Part shown: positions 1 through 9,322 of the stretch, one piece after another
Layout of the letters: the number at the start of each line of letters is the position of its first letter
Position numbering within the stretch: position 1 is the first letter of the stretch
Origin: an uncultured archaeon
Lineage (GTDB): Archaea; Aenigmatarchaeota; Aenigmatarchaeia; CG10238-14; SCSR01
Length of the DNA stretch: 57,130 nt
Assembly (NCBI GenBank): GCA_964373665.1
Contig: CAYJVM010000004.1
Location: forward strand, 1 to 57,130
Direction: 5' to 3'
Notes under the pieces: model-generated
What the model was told of the DNA's origin: nothing
Databases searched by the model: none
Seen by the model: only the letters and a program-made list of their open reading frames with translations
Position numbers and translations under genes: made by a program

Positions 1-106
1 GTTAGAGATTAGTGCACTTATGTGTTAATTATGACCAATAGATTTTAGAGAACCTACATTACAAAATGTAGGTACACTTAAATGTTTACACTTGTAAATA
101 TCATAT

Positions 107-1207
107 ATGATAGAGTTAACTTTGTTACTCCCAAGAACTTCGATGGAATTTCCTAAACATATGAAAAAATTATTAATAGACAAGTTTGGCTCTCTTAGCC
201 AAACATCATTACACTTTAGATTATCGGCTGACTATTTCGCAAATGCTATAAGAACTGGTAGGGTTTCAATTAGTGTTCTAGACAAGGTCGCAAACAATTT
301 AGGAGTTAGAATTACTATCAGGAGTGTGTATTCTACTAATGGAAGATTGGTAAAAATACCTAGAAACTTTCAAACTGAGCATGTAGCTAGAATATTAGGA
401 AATATTTTAGGTGATGGTTGTATTGACAAAAATTTTGTTATCAGATATACGAATACATCTGAAGAACTACTTGAAGATTTTAACTATTCGATGTCCAAGG
501 TTTTTGGATACGGATGTTTGAATACACCTCTAAAGAAGACTAGTAATTACATGAAAAATAAAATTTATACAGAGCTTCGTTGTTCCAATATTTGCGGTAA
601 AATTCTGATAAACCAATTTGGTAGATTCGCGTATGGTAAAAGTGAAGGTGCGAATGAAAAATTCATTCCACCTGTTGTATTCGAATGGCCAGAAAAATTA
701 AGGTGGGCTTTCATTGCGGCCATTATTGATGATGAAGGATCTATAGGATATAGGAGAATAAGCATAAACCAGGTTGCACCAAAACTTACAGCCGATATAG
801 AAAATTTATTAAAGTCTCTGGGTATTAGGACTATAACTTACAAGAAACCCCATCAAAAGTACAGAACCGGTTTTCTGAATAGAATAGAGGTATTTGGTAA
901 ATATGACGGTTTAAGAGTTATAAACATGATCAAACCTTTCATAAAAAACAAGTTCAAAATAAGAAAACTGCATGAACTAGAAAATTATTTCATTTCTGTA
1001 AAGTCCAAAAGACGCAAAGGGGATTTAGAAAGGGAGATACTATCCCATTTAAGAATCAGGGATTTTTCAATAAAGGATTTTTCTAAAGAATTGAACCTAT
1101 CAGAGGAACCGCTACGTAGAAAACTTGTTGAATTGTACAACAAAAAACTAATAAATCGAATACAAGAAGGTAGGAAGTATAAATTTCAGATTTCCCAATC
1201 GGCATAA
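107..1207 (+). CDS. Free-standing LAGLIDADG (intein/DOD-type) endonuclease-like protein with HTH-like N- and C-terminal extensions
   Basis: Two LAGLIDADG-like helices (ILGNILGDGCI, FIAAIIDDEGSI). C-terminal wHTH-like segment (FSIKDFSKELNLSEEPLRRKLVEL). No Hint motifs (no N-terminal Cys, no terminal HN). AT-rich. Confidence 0.8.
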   Translation: MIELTLLLPRTSMEFPKHMKKLLIDKFGSLSQTSLHFRLSADYFANAIRTGRVSISVLDKVANNLGVRITIRSVYSTNGRLVKIPRNFQTEHVARILGNILGDGCIDKNFVIRYTNTSEELLEDFNYSMSKVFGYGCLNTPLKKTSNYMKNKIYTELRCSNICGKILINQFGRFAYGKSEGANEKFIPPVVFEWPEKLRWAFIAAIIDDEGSIGYRRISINQVAPKLTADIENLLKSLGIRTITYKKPHQKYRTGFLNRIEVFGKYDGLRVINMIKPFIKNKFKIRKLHELENYFISVKSKRRKGDLEREILSHLRIRDFSIKDFSKELNLSEEPLRRKLVELYNKKLINRIQEGRKYKFQISQSA

Positions 1208-1800
1208 CCCGTCACACGCATACTCCTTCGTTTTCTATGTTCCATTAATCTCCACCTAAGGTATGCCCCAATCAAAAACCCGACAAACAACCCCGCTAGA
1301 TGGCTTCCATGCGCTATATTTCCTGGAGCAAATAATCCAAGGAATCCAGACAGCACCCAAAACACAGAAGCTACTACCATCGGCAACGGAAAGAATCCAA
1401 AGACCCAAACCATCTGGAACGGCATCAGCACAGCGAGTGTTCCCATTATACCATATATCGCCCCACTCGCACCAACCGCCGGAATCAACGAACTGCTCGC
1501 TGTCAGTATATATCCGACGCTGCCAGCGATTCCTGAAACAAAATAGATTATCGCATATCTTGTGGAACCAATGAAATTTTCCAAAATCAACCCGAACATC
1601 AGCAGTGCGAACATGTTGAAGAATAAATGTGTTATATCAGCGTGCATGAACATTGCCGTAATGAACGTCCAAGGCCTGTCTGCTGCGTATGCTGGAGTGA
1701 ACGAAAGCATATCCCAATCAATGGGCAACAATAACTGAAGTATGAACACAGTCACACAAGCTATAAGAATGCCTAATGTCCAATTCAATCTTAAATTCAT
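1186..1800 (-). CDS. Rhomboid family intramembrane serine protease
   Basis: HLFFNM, GASGAIYG and AHGSHLAG motifs; multiple TM helices. Confidence 0.93.
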   Translation of the reverse strand: MNLRLNWTLGILIACVTVFILQLLLPIDWDMLSFTPAYAADRPWTFITAMFMHADITHLFFNMFALLMFGLILENFIGSTRYAIIYFVSGIAGSVGYILTASSSLIPAVGASGAIYGIMGTLAVLMPFQMVWVFGFFPLPMVVASVFWVLSGFLGLFAPGNIAHGSHLAGLFVGFLIGAYLRWRLMEHRKRRSMRVTGYADWEI

Positions 1801-1838
1801 TAATAGATGTAGTCATCATTTTGATATAAAGTGTTTGC

Positions 1839-2702
1839 ATGGAAAAGGAAGAATTGGCATCATATGAAAAGGCGTTTTCAATTGCAGATCAAGTGGTAGA
1901 GTTTTCGAGAAAGTTTGTAAAGGATGGTTCAAAGGCCCTTGAGATTGCAGAGTCTGTGGAAAGGGAGATTGTCGATCTTGGCGGCAAGCCAGCATGGCCT
2001 GTCAATATATCCATAAACGAGATTGCCGCTCATTACACGCCAAGCATAAATGACAGTCTGGCGCTAAAGGATGGTGATTTTGTCAAGGTTGACATAGGTG
2101 TGCATGTGGACGGCTATCCATGTGACAGGGCTTATACCATATGCGTCGGTAAAAAGTCAGATCCCATGATAGAGGCATCGGAAAAGGCGCTGGAGGAGAC
2201 ATTAAAGCTGGTAATACCTGGCACTAAAGTATGGCAGATTTCAGAAGTTTGCGAGGACACTGTGAATTCTATGGGATTCAACGTCATAAGGAACCTGGCC
2301 GGACATAGAATTGAGCGATACAATCAGCATGCGCATCCATCGATCCCTAACAGCAAGAACAAAATACAGGACGAAATCGAATCTGGAAAAGTTTACGCGA
2401 TGGAGGTTTTTGCGACGAATGGTAGCGGTTTTGTAATCGAGTCTTCGCCAACAAGAATTTTTCAGTTCTCAGATGACGCCCCTGTGAGGATGCCAGAGGC
2501 AAGAAGGATATTGGACTTGGCGCGAAAGGACTTTGAGAAATTACCATTCACACAGAGATGGATCAAAGACACAAGCCCACTGAAGATAGACATGGCTCTA
2601 AGGCAACTGATCGAGGTTGGTGCAGTCAGAAACTATCCCCCTTTGAAGGAGGAGAGCAACAGCATGGTGGCTGTCACCGAAAAGAGCGTAATTGTTAAAT
2701 GA
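1839..2702 (+). CDS. map: Methionine aminopeptidase type II
   Basis: AAHYTP, KVDIGVHVDGY, NLAGH and AMEVFAT motifs. Confidence 0.95.
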   Translation: MEKEELASYEKAFSIADQVVEFSRKFVKDGSKALEIAESVEREIVDLGGKPAWPVNISINEIAAHYTPSINDSLALKDGDFVKVDIGVHVDGYPCDRAYTICVGKKSDPMIEASEKALEETLKLVIPGTKVWQISEVCEDTVNSMGFNVIRNLAGHRIERYNQHAHPSIPNSKNKIQDEIESGKVYAMEVFATNGSGFVIESSPTRIFQFSDDAPVRMPEARRILDLARKDFEKLPFTQRWIKDTSPLKIDMALRQLIEVGAVRNYPPLKEESNSMVAVTEKSVIVK

Positions 2703-2732
2703 CTTTATATTCTACGAAACAAAGTTATAATT

Positions 2733-2849
2733 GTGCATACCAAATGCGACAACTGTAAGGGGACTGTAAAGGAAGTTGGGAAGTTGTTCAAAACTGGTTA
2801 TCTTTGGCTGTGCAAGACTTGTAGGAAGGATCGCAAGCGAAGAAGATAA
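2733..2849 (+). CDS. Putative 38-aa zinc-finger microprotein (CxxC...CxxC, basic tail)
   Basis: Hand-translated from a GTG start: MHTKCDNCKGTVKEVGKLFKTGYLWLCKTCRKDRKRRR. Below the ORF-track cutoff. Confidence 0.6.
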   Translation: MHTKCDNCKGTVKEVGKLFKTGYLWLCKTCRKDRKRRR

Positions 2850-2910
2850 GAATCTTTTTATCGCCGTTTCATGTATTTAAATTTTAATCCACATTCTCTA
2901 TAGAATACTG

Positions 2911-4080
2911 ATGCTAATGATTACTGCACATGATATTCACAAAGTTGTATGGGGTTACAAGCCTGACAATATCCATATAGGTGTTCTTGGATCTCATTCT
3001 GCAGTTGCTCTCGGCCGGGCTGCCAAAGCTTTCGGGGCTAAGACATTGCTTGTTGCTCAGGCTGGAAGGGACGAACTTTATGTAAAGTATAACAGCCATC
3101 TTTACGACCATGTAATTTCTGTGGACGACTTTAAGCAAATATTAGAACCTAAAGTCCAGGCTGAATTGTTAGAACACAATACAATATGGGTTCCTCACCG
3201 CTCTTTCACAGTCTACGTGGGTGTAGATGGTATAGAAAATCAATTCAGCGTACCTATATATGGAAACCGAGCCATGCTCAGAACAGAAGATAGAAACGAT
3301 CCCAGAAACCAGTATTATTTTCTGGGAAAGGCAGGGATAAAGTATCCAAAGTATTATGAAACCCCAGACCAAATCGATGGTCCGGTTATAGTAAAGGTTC
3401 AGAGAGCAGACAAACCATTAGAAAGAACCTTTTTTGTAGCGACTTCCCCAGAGGATTACTATGCACAAGTTAAAGCCTACAGAAAGGTGGGTCTTATAGA
3501 TGATGCTGTTTTACGGAAATCTAGAATTGAAGCTTACGTGTTAGGGGCAAAAGTTAATGCTAATTTCCATGGTTACGCTATGAAAGATTTGTTTGGTGAT
3601 CTTGACCTTGTAGGATTCAGTGGTAGAAGGCAAGTTAATTTGCAAGGCTTTCTGGACCTTCCTGCAAGAGAACAGTTGAAGCTTGATGTATTGCCAAATA
3701 ATGAGGAAGTTGGGCATTATGGAATCACAGTAAGGGAATCTTTTCTTTCCATGTTTTATAGAGCCGCCGAAAGATTTATGAGAGTTGTAGAAGAAGAGGC
3801 ACCACCCGGAATGATAGGGTCTTTTGGATTGCAGGGTGCGCTTGCCTACGGCCCAGATGGCAGGACTATGGAATTTGTGGTGTTTGACGTCTCTCCGAGA
3901 ATCCCTGGGGATCCTGCAATAGGTCCTACATCACCTGAGATGAGAGGCCTGACTTTGAAGTATAGGAATTTGTTGAATCATGTTTATGGAGGGGAAAGAA
4001 TAGAGGATCCCTTGGATTTAACTGTATTGGAAATTATGGAAGCTGCCAAAATAGGTAGGCTACATGAGGTTGTTAGTTAA
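2911..4080 (+). CDS. purP: PurP-like ATP-grasp protein (FAICAR synthetase family), paralog 1
   Basis: IGVLGSHSA, WVPHRSFTVYVG, VPIYGNR and FDVSPRIPG motifs. Confidence 0.85.
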   Translation: MLMITAHDIHKVVWGYKPDNIHIGVLGSHSAVALGRAAKAFGAKTLLVAQAGRDELYVKYNSHLYDHVISVDDFKQILEPKVQAELLEHNTIWVPHRSFTVYVGVDGIENQFSVPIYGNRAMLRTEDRNDPRNQYYFLGKAGIKYPKYYETPDQIDGPVIVKVQRADKPLERTFFVATSPEDYYAQVKAYRKVGLIDDAVLRKSRIEAYVLGAKVNANFHGYAMKDLFGDLDLVGFSGRRQVNLQGFLDLPAREQLKLDVLPNNEEVGHYGITVRESFLSMFYRAAERFMRVVEEEAPPGMIGSFGLQGALAYGPDGRTMEFVVFDVSPRIPGDPAIGPTSPEMRGLTLKYRNLLNHVYGGERIEDPLDLTVLEIMEAAKIGRLHEVVS

Positions 4081-5180
4081 TGAATGGTGAAACTAGATCA
4101 GTTTTGAACTCTTATAACAGGGGTAATATAGCTATAGCGACTATATGCTCTCATTCCGCCCTTCAAATCTTGTATGGCGCTCGCCAAGAAGGATTCAAGA
4201 CTGTAGGTATAGTCAGACCAGATAGAAGACCTGTCTATGATGCGTACCAAGCAGCCACACCCGATGTCTACATAGAAGTGAAGGATTGGAAAGATGTCAT
4301 AGACGAAAAAGTGCAACAACAGTTAGCGAATATGAATGCTATTGTGATACCACATGGTTCATTTGTCGAATATGTCGGACCATCGAACATGCAGGACGGT
4401 TTCTATGTTCCTATTCTTGGCAACAGGGAAACCCTTACATGGGAGGGTGACAGAGCTAAGCAGCGGGAGTGGTTGAGTAAAGCTGGCGTTCGAGTCCCAA
4501 AGGAATATGCAAGCCCTGATGACATAGACGGGAAGATTTTTGTAAAGTTCAGGGGTGCAAGAGGTGGCAAGGGATTTTTCACGGTTTCATCTAGGGCAGA
4601 TTTTTTCCATGAGCTCTATAGAAGAATAGATGATGGTACATTAAGACCGGATGATGAGAACAACGCTACAATACAGGAATTTCTGCCAGGGGTTCGCTAT
4701 TATCCACATTATTTCTTTTCGCCTTTTGAGGACTCTGTAGGTCTGCCAATTAACAACGGTGTGCTCGTCCATATGGGTTTCGATAAGAGGATAGAGCCCG
4801 TGGATGAAGCGTATAGGGCGTTGCCGGATGTGCCGCCTGAATTTATGGATTATACTATAACAGGAAATCATGCTGTATCTATTAGGGAAAGCTTCCTGCC
4901 TGAGATATGGAAAATGGGGAAAGGTACTGTTGAAGCATCTCAAAATTTGATACCGCCTGGTATGATAGGTCCGTTTGCGTTGGAAACATTCTACCATCCT
5001 GAAACAGGATTTACAGTTTTTGAAATATCCGCCAGGATAGTTGCAGGTACTAATCCATTTGGAGAAGGATCAGAGTATTCCGTGTGGACTTTTGGAAGGC
5101 CTGTATCCACTGGAAGAAGGATAGCCATGGAAATTAAAACTGCGGCTGAACGGGATGAATTGTATAAGATAGTTTCATAG
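4080..5180 (+). CDS. purP: Formate-phosphoribosylaminoimidazolecarboxamide ligase (PurP), paralog 2
   Basis: IATICSHSALQI, IPHGSFVEY, GARGGKGFF, GPFALE and FEISARIVAGTN motifs. Confidence 0.9.
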   Translation: MNGETRSVLNSYNRGNIAIATICSHSALQILYGARQEGFKTVGIVRPDRRPVYDAYQAATPDVYIEVKDWKDVIDEKVQQQLANMNAIVIPHGSFVEYVGPSNMQDGFYVPILGNRETLTWEGDRAKQREWLSKAGVRVPKEYASPDDIDGKIFVKFRGARGGKGFFTVSSRADFFHELYRRIDDGTLRPDDENNATIQEFLPGVRYYPHYFFSPFEDSVGLPINNGVLVHMGFDKRIEPVDEAYRALPDVPPEFMDYTITGNHAVSIRESFLPEIWKMGKGTVEASQNLIPPGMIGPFALETFYHPETGFTVFEISARIVAGTNPFGEGSEYSVWTFGRPVSTGRRIAMEIKTAAERDELYKIVS

Positions 5181-5229
5181 TTCTGTTGGGAAGCGTTGCA
5201 AGTTTATATCCTTCAAGTTCTAACTAAAG

Positions 5230-5631
5230 GTGGGTTTTATACTATACAGACTGGAGAAAATAAAAAGGCCCATAGGATATGAAGTTTCTGTGCAGAAAAC
5301 TGCTGAAGGTTTGGTTCTATTCTTAAATCTGGTTCCTCACCGCTCTATACCACTGAACGATGTGTCTGGTGCTCTCGAATTTTACTTTGACAGAGTGGGC
5401 AACGAAACTGGACTGGAGAGGGATGAGAGTCTGGTGGATGTAAGACCACCTTTCATTAAAGCCCGTGTAGAATACAATGTTAATGGCATCCCTGTAGATG
5501 TTGACCAAGTTAGAAAAATAGCTGAAGATCCCGATGTTCTTGATGTGATACTCAGGGCGATGGCTTATCGATCAGGTGATATTGGCCGTGGCGTCGACTG
5601 GAAAAGTCTTTATTCAATAGAGCCGCTTTAG
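5230..5631 (+). CDS. Hypothetical protein
   Basis: 133-aa ORF filling the gap after the purP pair; no recognised motif. Confidence 0.5.
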   Translation: MGFILYRLEKIKRPIGYEVSVQKTAEGLVLFLNLVPHRSIPLNDVSGALEFYFDRVGNETGLERDESLVDVRPPFIKARVEYNVNGIPVDVDQVRKIAEDPDVLDVILRAMAYRSGDIGRGVDWKSLYSIEPL

Positions 5632-5859
5632 CGCAAAAACTCATCTGCGATATTCCTTTGACGAGTTTAAAATGGAGATAAGGCAAAACTTTGGGAGCAT
5701 AATAGGCGAATGGAAAGAAGTCATAGTTTCCAAAGTGTATTTATTGGAAGATTTCAGGTTCTAGCTTTATTTATTCACAAGTTCTATTTAGAGTAAGGAA
5801 AATGCTCCAACTGGATGTGAGAGTTCCAGAAGGACGGCTTTTCGGAGATAACGTCAAGT

Positions 5860-6162
5860 ATGAAAGATAATAAAATAAGACAAGATGAATGGAAGAACGT
5901 GATTAAAATCGTTAAATGTCTTTTTGAGGCAAAAGACACCTGGTTATGGTATAGAGAGATTGGGAGACGCTGCAAACTGAATCACAAGACAGTTTCTCGC
6001 CTTATAGACAAGTATCTGAAGGAATCCGTCATCGAGCAGGAGGGTGTTCCGCCTTTCTTGAAGATCAAGATGGTCAGGTTAAAGCCAGGAGTAAGTGCCA
6101 GAAGTATTTTGAACTATCTTAGGGTCAAGAGAAGGATAGACAATGTAAGAAACTCCATATAA
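5860..6162 (+). CDS. Helix-turn-helix DNA-binding protein
   Basis: LWYREIGRRCKLNHKTVSRLIDKYL HTH-like segment. Confidence 0.7.
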   Translation: MKDNKIRQDEWKNVIKIVKCLFEAKDTWLWYREIGRRCKLNHKTVSRLIDKYLKESVIEQEGVPPFLKIKMVRLKPGVSARSILNYLRVKRRIDNVRNSI

Positions 6163-6253
6163 ATTATCTCCCAGAAAAATGGTAACTTTATATAGAAGGA
6201 AAGCTATATATAATAGTTCGGTCTTGATCGGTCGAATCCAAGGGGTGAAATTA

Positions 6254-6385
6254 ATGTCAAAGTTTAGTCCATTCATTAGCAAGGTCAACGTGCCTTGCAG
6301 AAAATGCCATACTTTCGTTAGAGCTGGTGTTTTCGAAAAAATTGAGGTTTGTCCTCATTGCAGACTGAAGTGGGGCACTAACTAG
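6254..6385 (+). CDS. Small zinc-ribbon protein
   Basis: ATG preceded by GGGGTGA RBS; CRKC...CPHC. Confidence 0.6.
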   Translation: MSKFSPFISKVNVPCRKCHTFVRAGVFEKIEVCPHCRLKWGTN

Positions 6386-6466
6386 TTCCGCTTCTCTACC
6401 TCTTCTTTGATACCGTTTAGATGGGAAGTAGGTATATTTGCTGTAGATTTAGGGATGTACAGCGCT

Positions 6467-7195
6467 TCAGCTAACTGCAGCGATGTAACGCACCCATCTT
6501 TCATTACCTTTTTCGAAACTTTCGATTTCTTTTGTTCTGTCTCTCATACGAGATAATAAACTTCTTGTGGAGGAAATGTCTTTATAGTCTATTCTAGGTG
6601 TTAGTTCCTTATAACTAATTTCACCTATTTCTTTAATTATTTCCAATGTTTTTTTCATTTTTGGGCTCAAATTAACCGATATTCTATTGATAGCGTCAAT
6701 TTCGGCTTCCATTTTCGATTTTACAGGTTCAGGAAGCTCTTCTGATATTTCAGAGATCCTGTCCATAGAACTAAGCATGATATCAAACTTTTCTTGTGTG
6801 AGTTTATCATGTGATTCAAGAATAGATTTAACAGCTAAGAGAAGATCAATTAGCTTTTGATGGTCATAATTGGCATTCATCCAGTCTTTTGTGACCATTA
6901 ATGACTCAATACGGTTTAAAGCAGCGTTGATATCATGTATTGAGCGTCCAGTGTATCCGGCAGCCAAACCGAGTTCAAGAGAAGTTTTTTCAAGTGAGAT
7001 ATCTTTTTCAACAGGGCGATGTAAAGACGATGTAACATCGCTGTAACCAGACTGAGATGATGTATCCGATGTAATACGATGTGAATCGATGTAATCTTTT
7101 TCTACATCGATGTAACTCGATGTAACCGATGTAATTGCATCGCCTGCATCGCTGCGATTTTTCTTAAATAAGCGCTTCAACCATCCAAAAACCAT
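6467..7195 (-). CDS. Hypothetical protein: N-terminal amphipathic helix, repeat-encoded linker, coiled coil, C-terminal winged HTH
   Basis: MVFGWLKRLFKK N-terminus; C-terminal LSPKMKKTLEIIKEIGEISYKELTPRIDYKDISSTRSLLSRM wHTH-like region. Confidence 0.75.
   Translation of the reverse strand: MVFGWLKRLFKKNRSDAGDAITSVTSSYIDVEKDYIDSHRITSDTSSQSGYSDVTSSLHRPVEKDISLEKTSLELGLAAGYTGRSIHDINAALNRIESLMVTKDWMNANYDHQKLIDLLLAVKSILESHDKLTQEKFDIMLSSMDRISEISEELPEPVKSKMEAEIDAINRISVNLSPKMKKTLEIIKEIGEISYKELTPRIDYKDISSTRSLLSRMRDRTKEIESFEKGNERWVRYIAAVS
7017..7134. repeat. Array of about 10 CGATGTAA-like direct repeats at about 10-bp spacing inside the 6467-7195 CDS
   Basis: Exact CGATGTAA at 7017, 7028, 7067, 7087, 7108, 7118 and 7127; variants at 7039, 7058 and 7077. 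Confidence 0.9.
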
Positions 7196-7199
7196 ATTA

Positions 7200-7700
7200 T
7201 TTTATTGCTTTTCTCACAAATAAGCTTTTCGCTCAAAAACTCACTATAGTCTAAATCTATCAAAACCTCACTTTTTCTATTTTAGGTTATCTCTTGTCTA
7301 ACTCTCACTTTAGCTTTATGGAGATAAAATTTTTATCTCTAAAAATATATCCTCACTTAAATATATAATGCAATTCATTTCTATGTATTTATGTTTTATA
7401 AAATATGTTTTATTCTTTTTCATATTAACCCTCACTTTGTTATAAAGTCTCACCAATATCTATTTTTCTTATTATATTTTATATCATATACTTAATTTCT
7501 CTCACTTTTTGGCAAAATTATTAGACACTCACAAATATGTTATGTAGAATATGCTTTATTTTGGTATTAAGGGGGCTGAAAAAGGTCTATTTTGGGTTAT
7601 TTAGGCGTATTATCGCTATTTAGAAGCTGTTAGATAACTGGAAATCTGCAAAATATTATACTCACGAAAATATGTAATGTAGAATACAAATTATATTTAT
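7200..7700. promoter_or_regulatory. AT-rich non-coding region with 9 co-oriented CTCAC boxes; candidate origin or protein-binding array
   Basis: CTCAC at 7213, 7240, 7267, 7304, 7352, 7431, 7449, 7501, 7528 (a further copy at 7661); palindrome GAGATAAAA-T-TTTTATCTC at 7321-7339. Confidence 0.55.
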
Positions 7701-7722
7701 ATTATACGTGTATATTATTGAT

Positions 7723-7995
7723 ATGGATAAAAGAACTTTATCTTTTGCAAGTTTTTCCTTTAGTTTATTGGGTCTTTTGACTATTTTTGGAGTTATATTG
7801 CTACAAGAACAGTTCAGAATTTTCACACCAGATTATGTAGCACCATTCGGAGTAATATTTATTATCATAGGTTTTATATCGGGTTTGTTTTCATTTAAAT
7901 TTACTCTAGGAAAAGTTGGGGTTGTTGTAGGTGTTATTGGTATTGTTTCTGTCTTAGTTATACTAAGTATTTTGTCCGTATTTTTTGCCATCTGA
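7723..7995 (+). CDS. Small membrane protein (3 TM)
   Basis: Three hydrophobic stretches; ATG at 7723 preferred over GTG at 7708. Confidence 0.65.
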   Translation: MDKRTLSFASFSFSLLGLLTIFGVILLQEQFRIFTPDYVAPFGVIFIIIGFISGLFSFKFTLGKVGVVVGVIGIVSVLVILSILSVFFAI

Positions 7996-8151
7996 TTCTC
8001 ACTAACATATATTCTGCACAACAACATCGTAGATAATCATAGTTATCTCTGAGGATTTAGGCGTATTTTGACTAGGTAAATGCCGTTTTTCGCTTCTTTT
8101 TGGCATTGGATTAGAATTAGTTTCTTTGATATACCTAGCTTTAGTAGGACT

Positions 8152-8373
8152 TCACTCAAACTCTTCACGTTTCTTACCTGTTTGTTTGATTATGTATGTT
8201 ATAATTTTAACTGGAATTTCCTTCGATCCTCTTGACACATAAGTTGTTAATACGGTCCCGTCAGCAAGCGTCTTCTTTAGTTTCATGTGCCGTGTTCCAC
8301 CAGCTTCTTGAAATCCGTTACTGTGGAGTATATTCAGTATGTCACGCTTTGACCGAGGTCTGAGTTTGGCCAT
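8152..8373 (-). CDS. hicA: HicA-family toxin (type II TA)
   Basis: 73-aa basic protein; ILHSNGF...GTRHMKL motif; overlaps the HicB gene. Confidence 0.75.
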   Translation of the reverse strand: MAKLRPRSKRDILNILHSNGFQEAGGTRHMKLKKTLADGTVLTTYVSRGSKEIPVKIITYIIKQTGKKREEFE

Positions 8374-8620
8374 GAGCTAACACTCCTTTAGGAATAGAAA
8401 CTTTGAATTGTATATTGATTTTGGTTACTGGTTTGGGTGTGTCTGGATCTTTCATATAATCTTCCACCAAATCCTTTAAATTGGCCATAACCTCTTCTTT
8501 TGTCTGACCATGAGTAGCTAAATTAAGTCCTGGTATCTCTGCTATGATCCATTTACCTTCTCTAGAGAATTTAACCTCATAATTTCGGTTAATTAATGCT
8601 TTAACCATAAATCGTGCCAT
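8342..8620 (-). CDS. hicB: HicB-family antitoxin
   Basis: WIIAEIPGLNLATHGQTKEEVMANLKD motif. Confidence 0.85.
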   Translation of the reverse strand: MARFMVKALINRNYEVKFSREGKWIIAEIPGLNLATHGQTKEEVMANLKDLVEDYMKDPDTPKPVTKINIQFKVSIPKGVLAHGQTQTSVKA

Positions 8621-8671
8621 TATACCACCATTTTATATGACAGTTAGTTTTTTAATAATATTAGTTATCTT

Positions 8672-9259
8672 TTAAGAGATGTAAGGTTGAATCTTTTGGT
8701 AAAGTTTTTCTAGCATAGTCAAATCCTCTTTATTTTTATTAATAATCGGCTCCCATTCGCCTTTTCTGAAAAATTTTTCTATACCATCACCTCTAATTCT
8801 ATCAGGTGGAACTTGTATGTCCATCAAACGACATGCTATTTCCAATGCAATAAATTGAAATTCGCCTGTAGAAGAAAAGAACTGCATGCAATCTATATGA
8901 TTAGAACCGACTTCCAGCATTCGCCATTTGTTAAGATTTATGGTTTTCGTCTTTTTTATTTCGTTTATTACAGATCTTATATTCAGGAATGGGACATCAA
9001 ATCCATACCCATTCCATGTTATTATTTTACCTATGTTATTCTCTGGAAGGAATTGCCAAAATTTTGTTAATATATCTTTTTCGTCATTGCCGTAGAAAAT
9101 CACTGGTTCTTCGTTTTCCATCTTTACACCGATTGCTATAATTTTACCGAAAAATGGGTGACTAAACCTGGGAAAACTTTTATCCATCAGATAATTGATA
9201 ATCTCTTTATTGTCAAATTCTAATGGAGTGGTCTCTATATCAACAAAGGCTGTTCTCAT
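8672..9259 (-). CDS. DnaQ/PolB-type 3'-5' exonuclease (RNase H-like)
   Basis: ExoI DIET, ExoII ITWNGYGFDVPFL and ExoIII NKEDL motifs. Confidence 0.85.
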   Translation of the reverse strand: MRTAFVDIETTPLEFDNKEIINYLMDKSFPRFSHPFFGKIIAIGVKMENEEPVIFYGNDEKDILTKFWQFLPENNIGKIITWNGYGFDVPFLNIRSVINEIKKTKTINLNKWRMLEVGSNHIDCMQFFSSTGEFQFIALEIACRLMDIQVPPDRIRGDGIEKFFRKGEWEPIINKNKEDLTMLEKLYQKIQPYIS

Positions 9260-9322
9260 TCTACTCGCCTCTTAAATATAAACTAAGAAAACTTATAAAG
9301 ATAAAAAATATCTGTTGGTTTA

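Noticed and set aside
3189..5346. 16-bp exact direct repeat GGTTCCTCACCGCTCT at 3189 and 5331 (both encode VPHRS)
   Set aside because: One 16-mer match in 57 kb is roughly at chance expectation, and there is no supporting structure.
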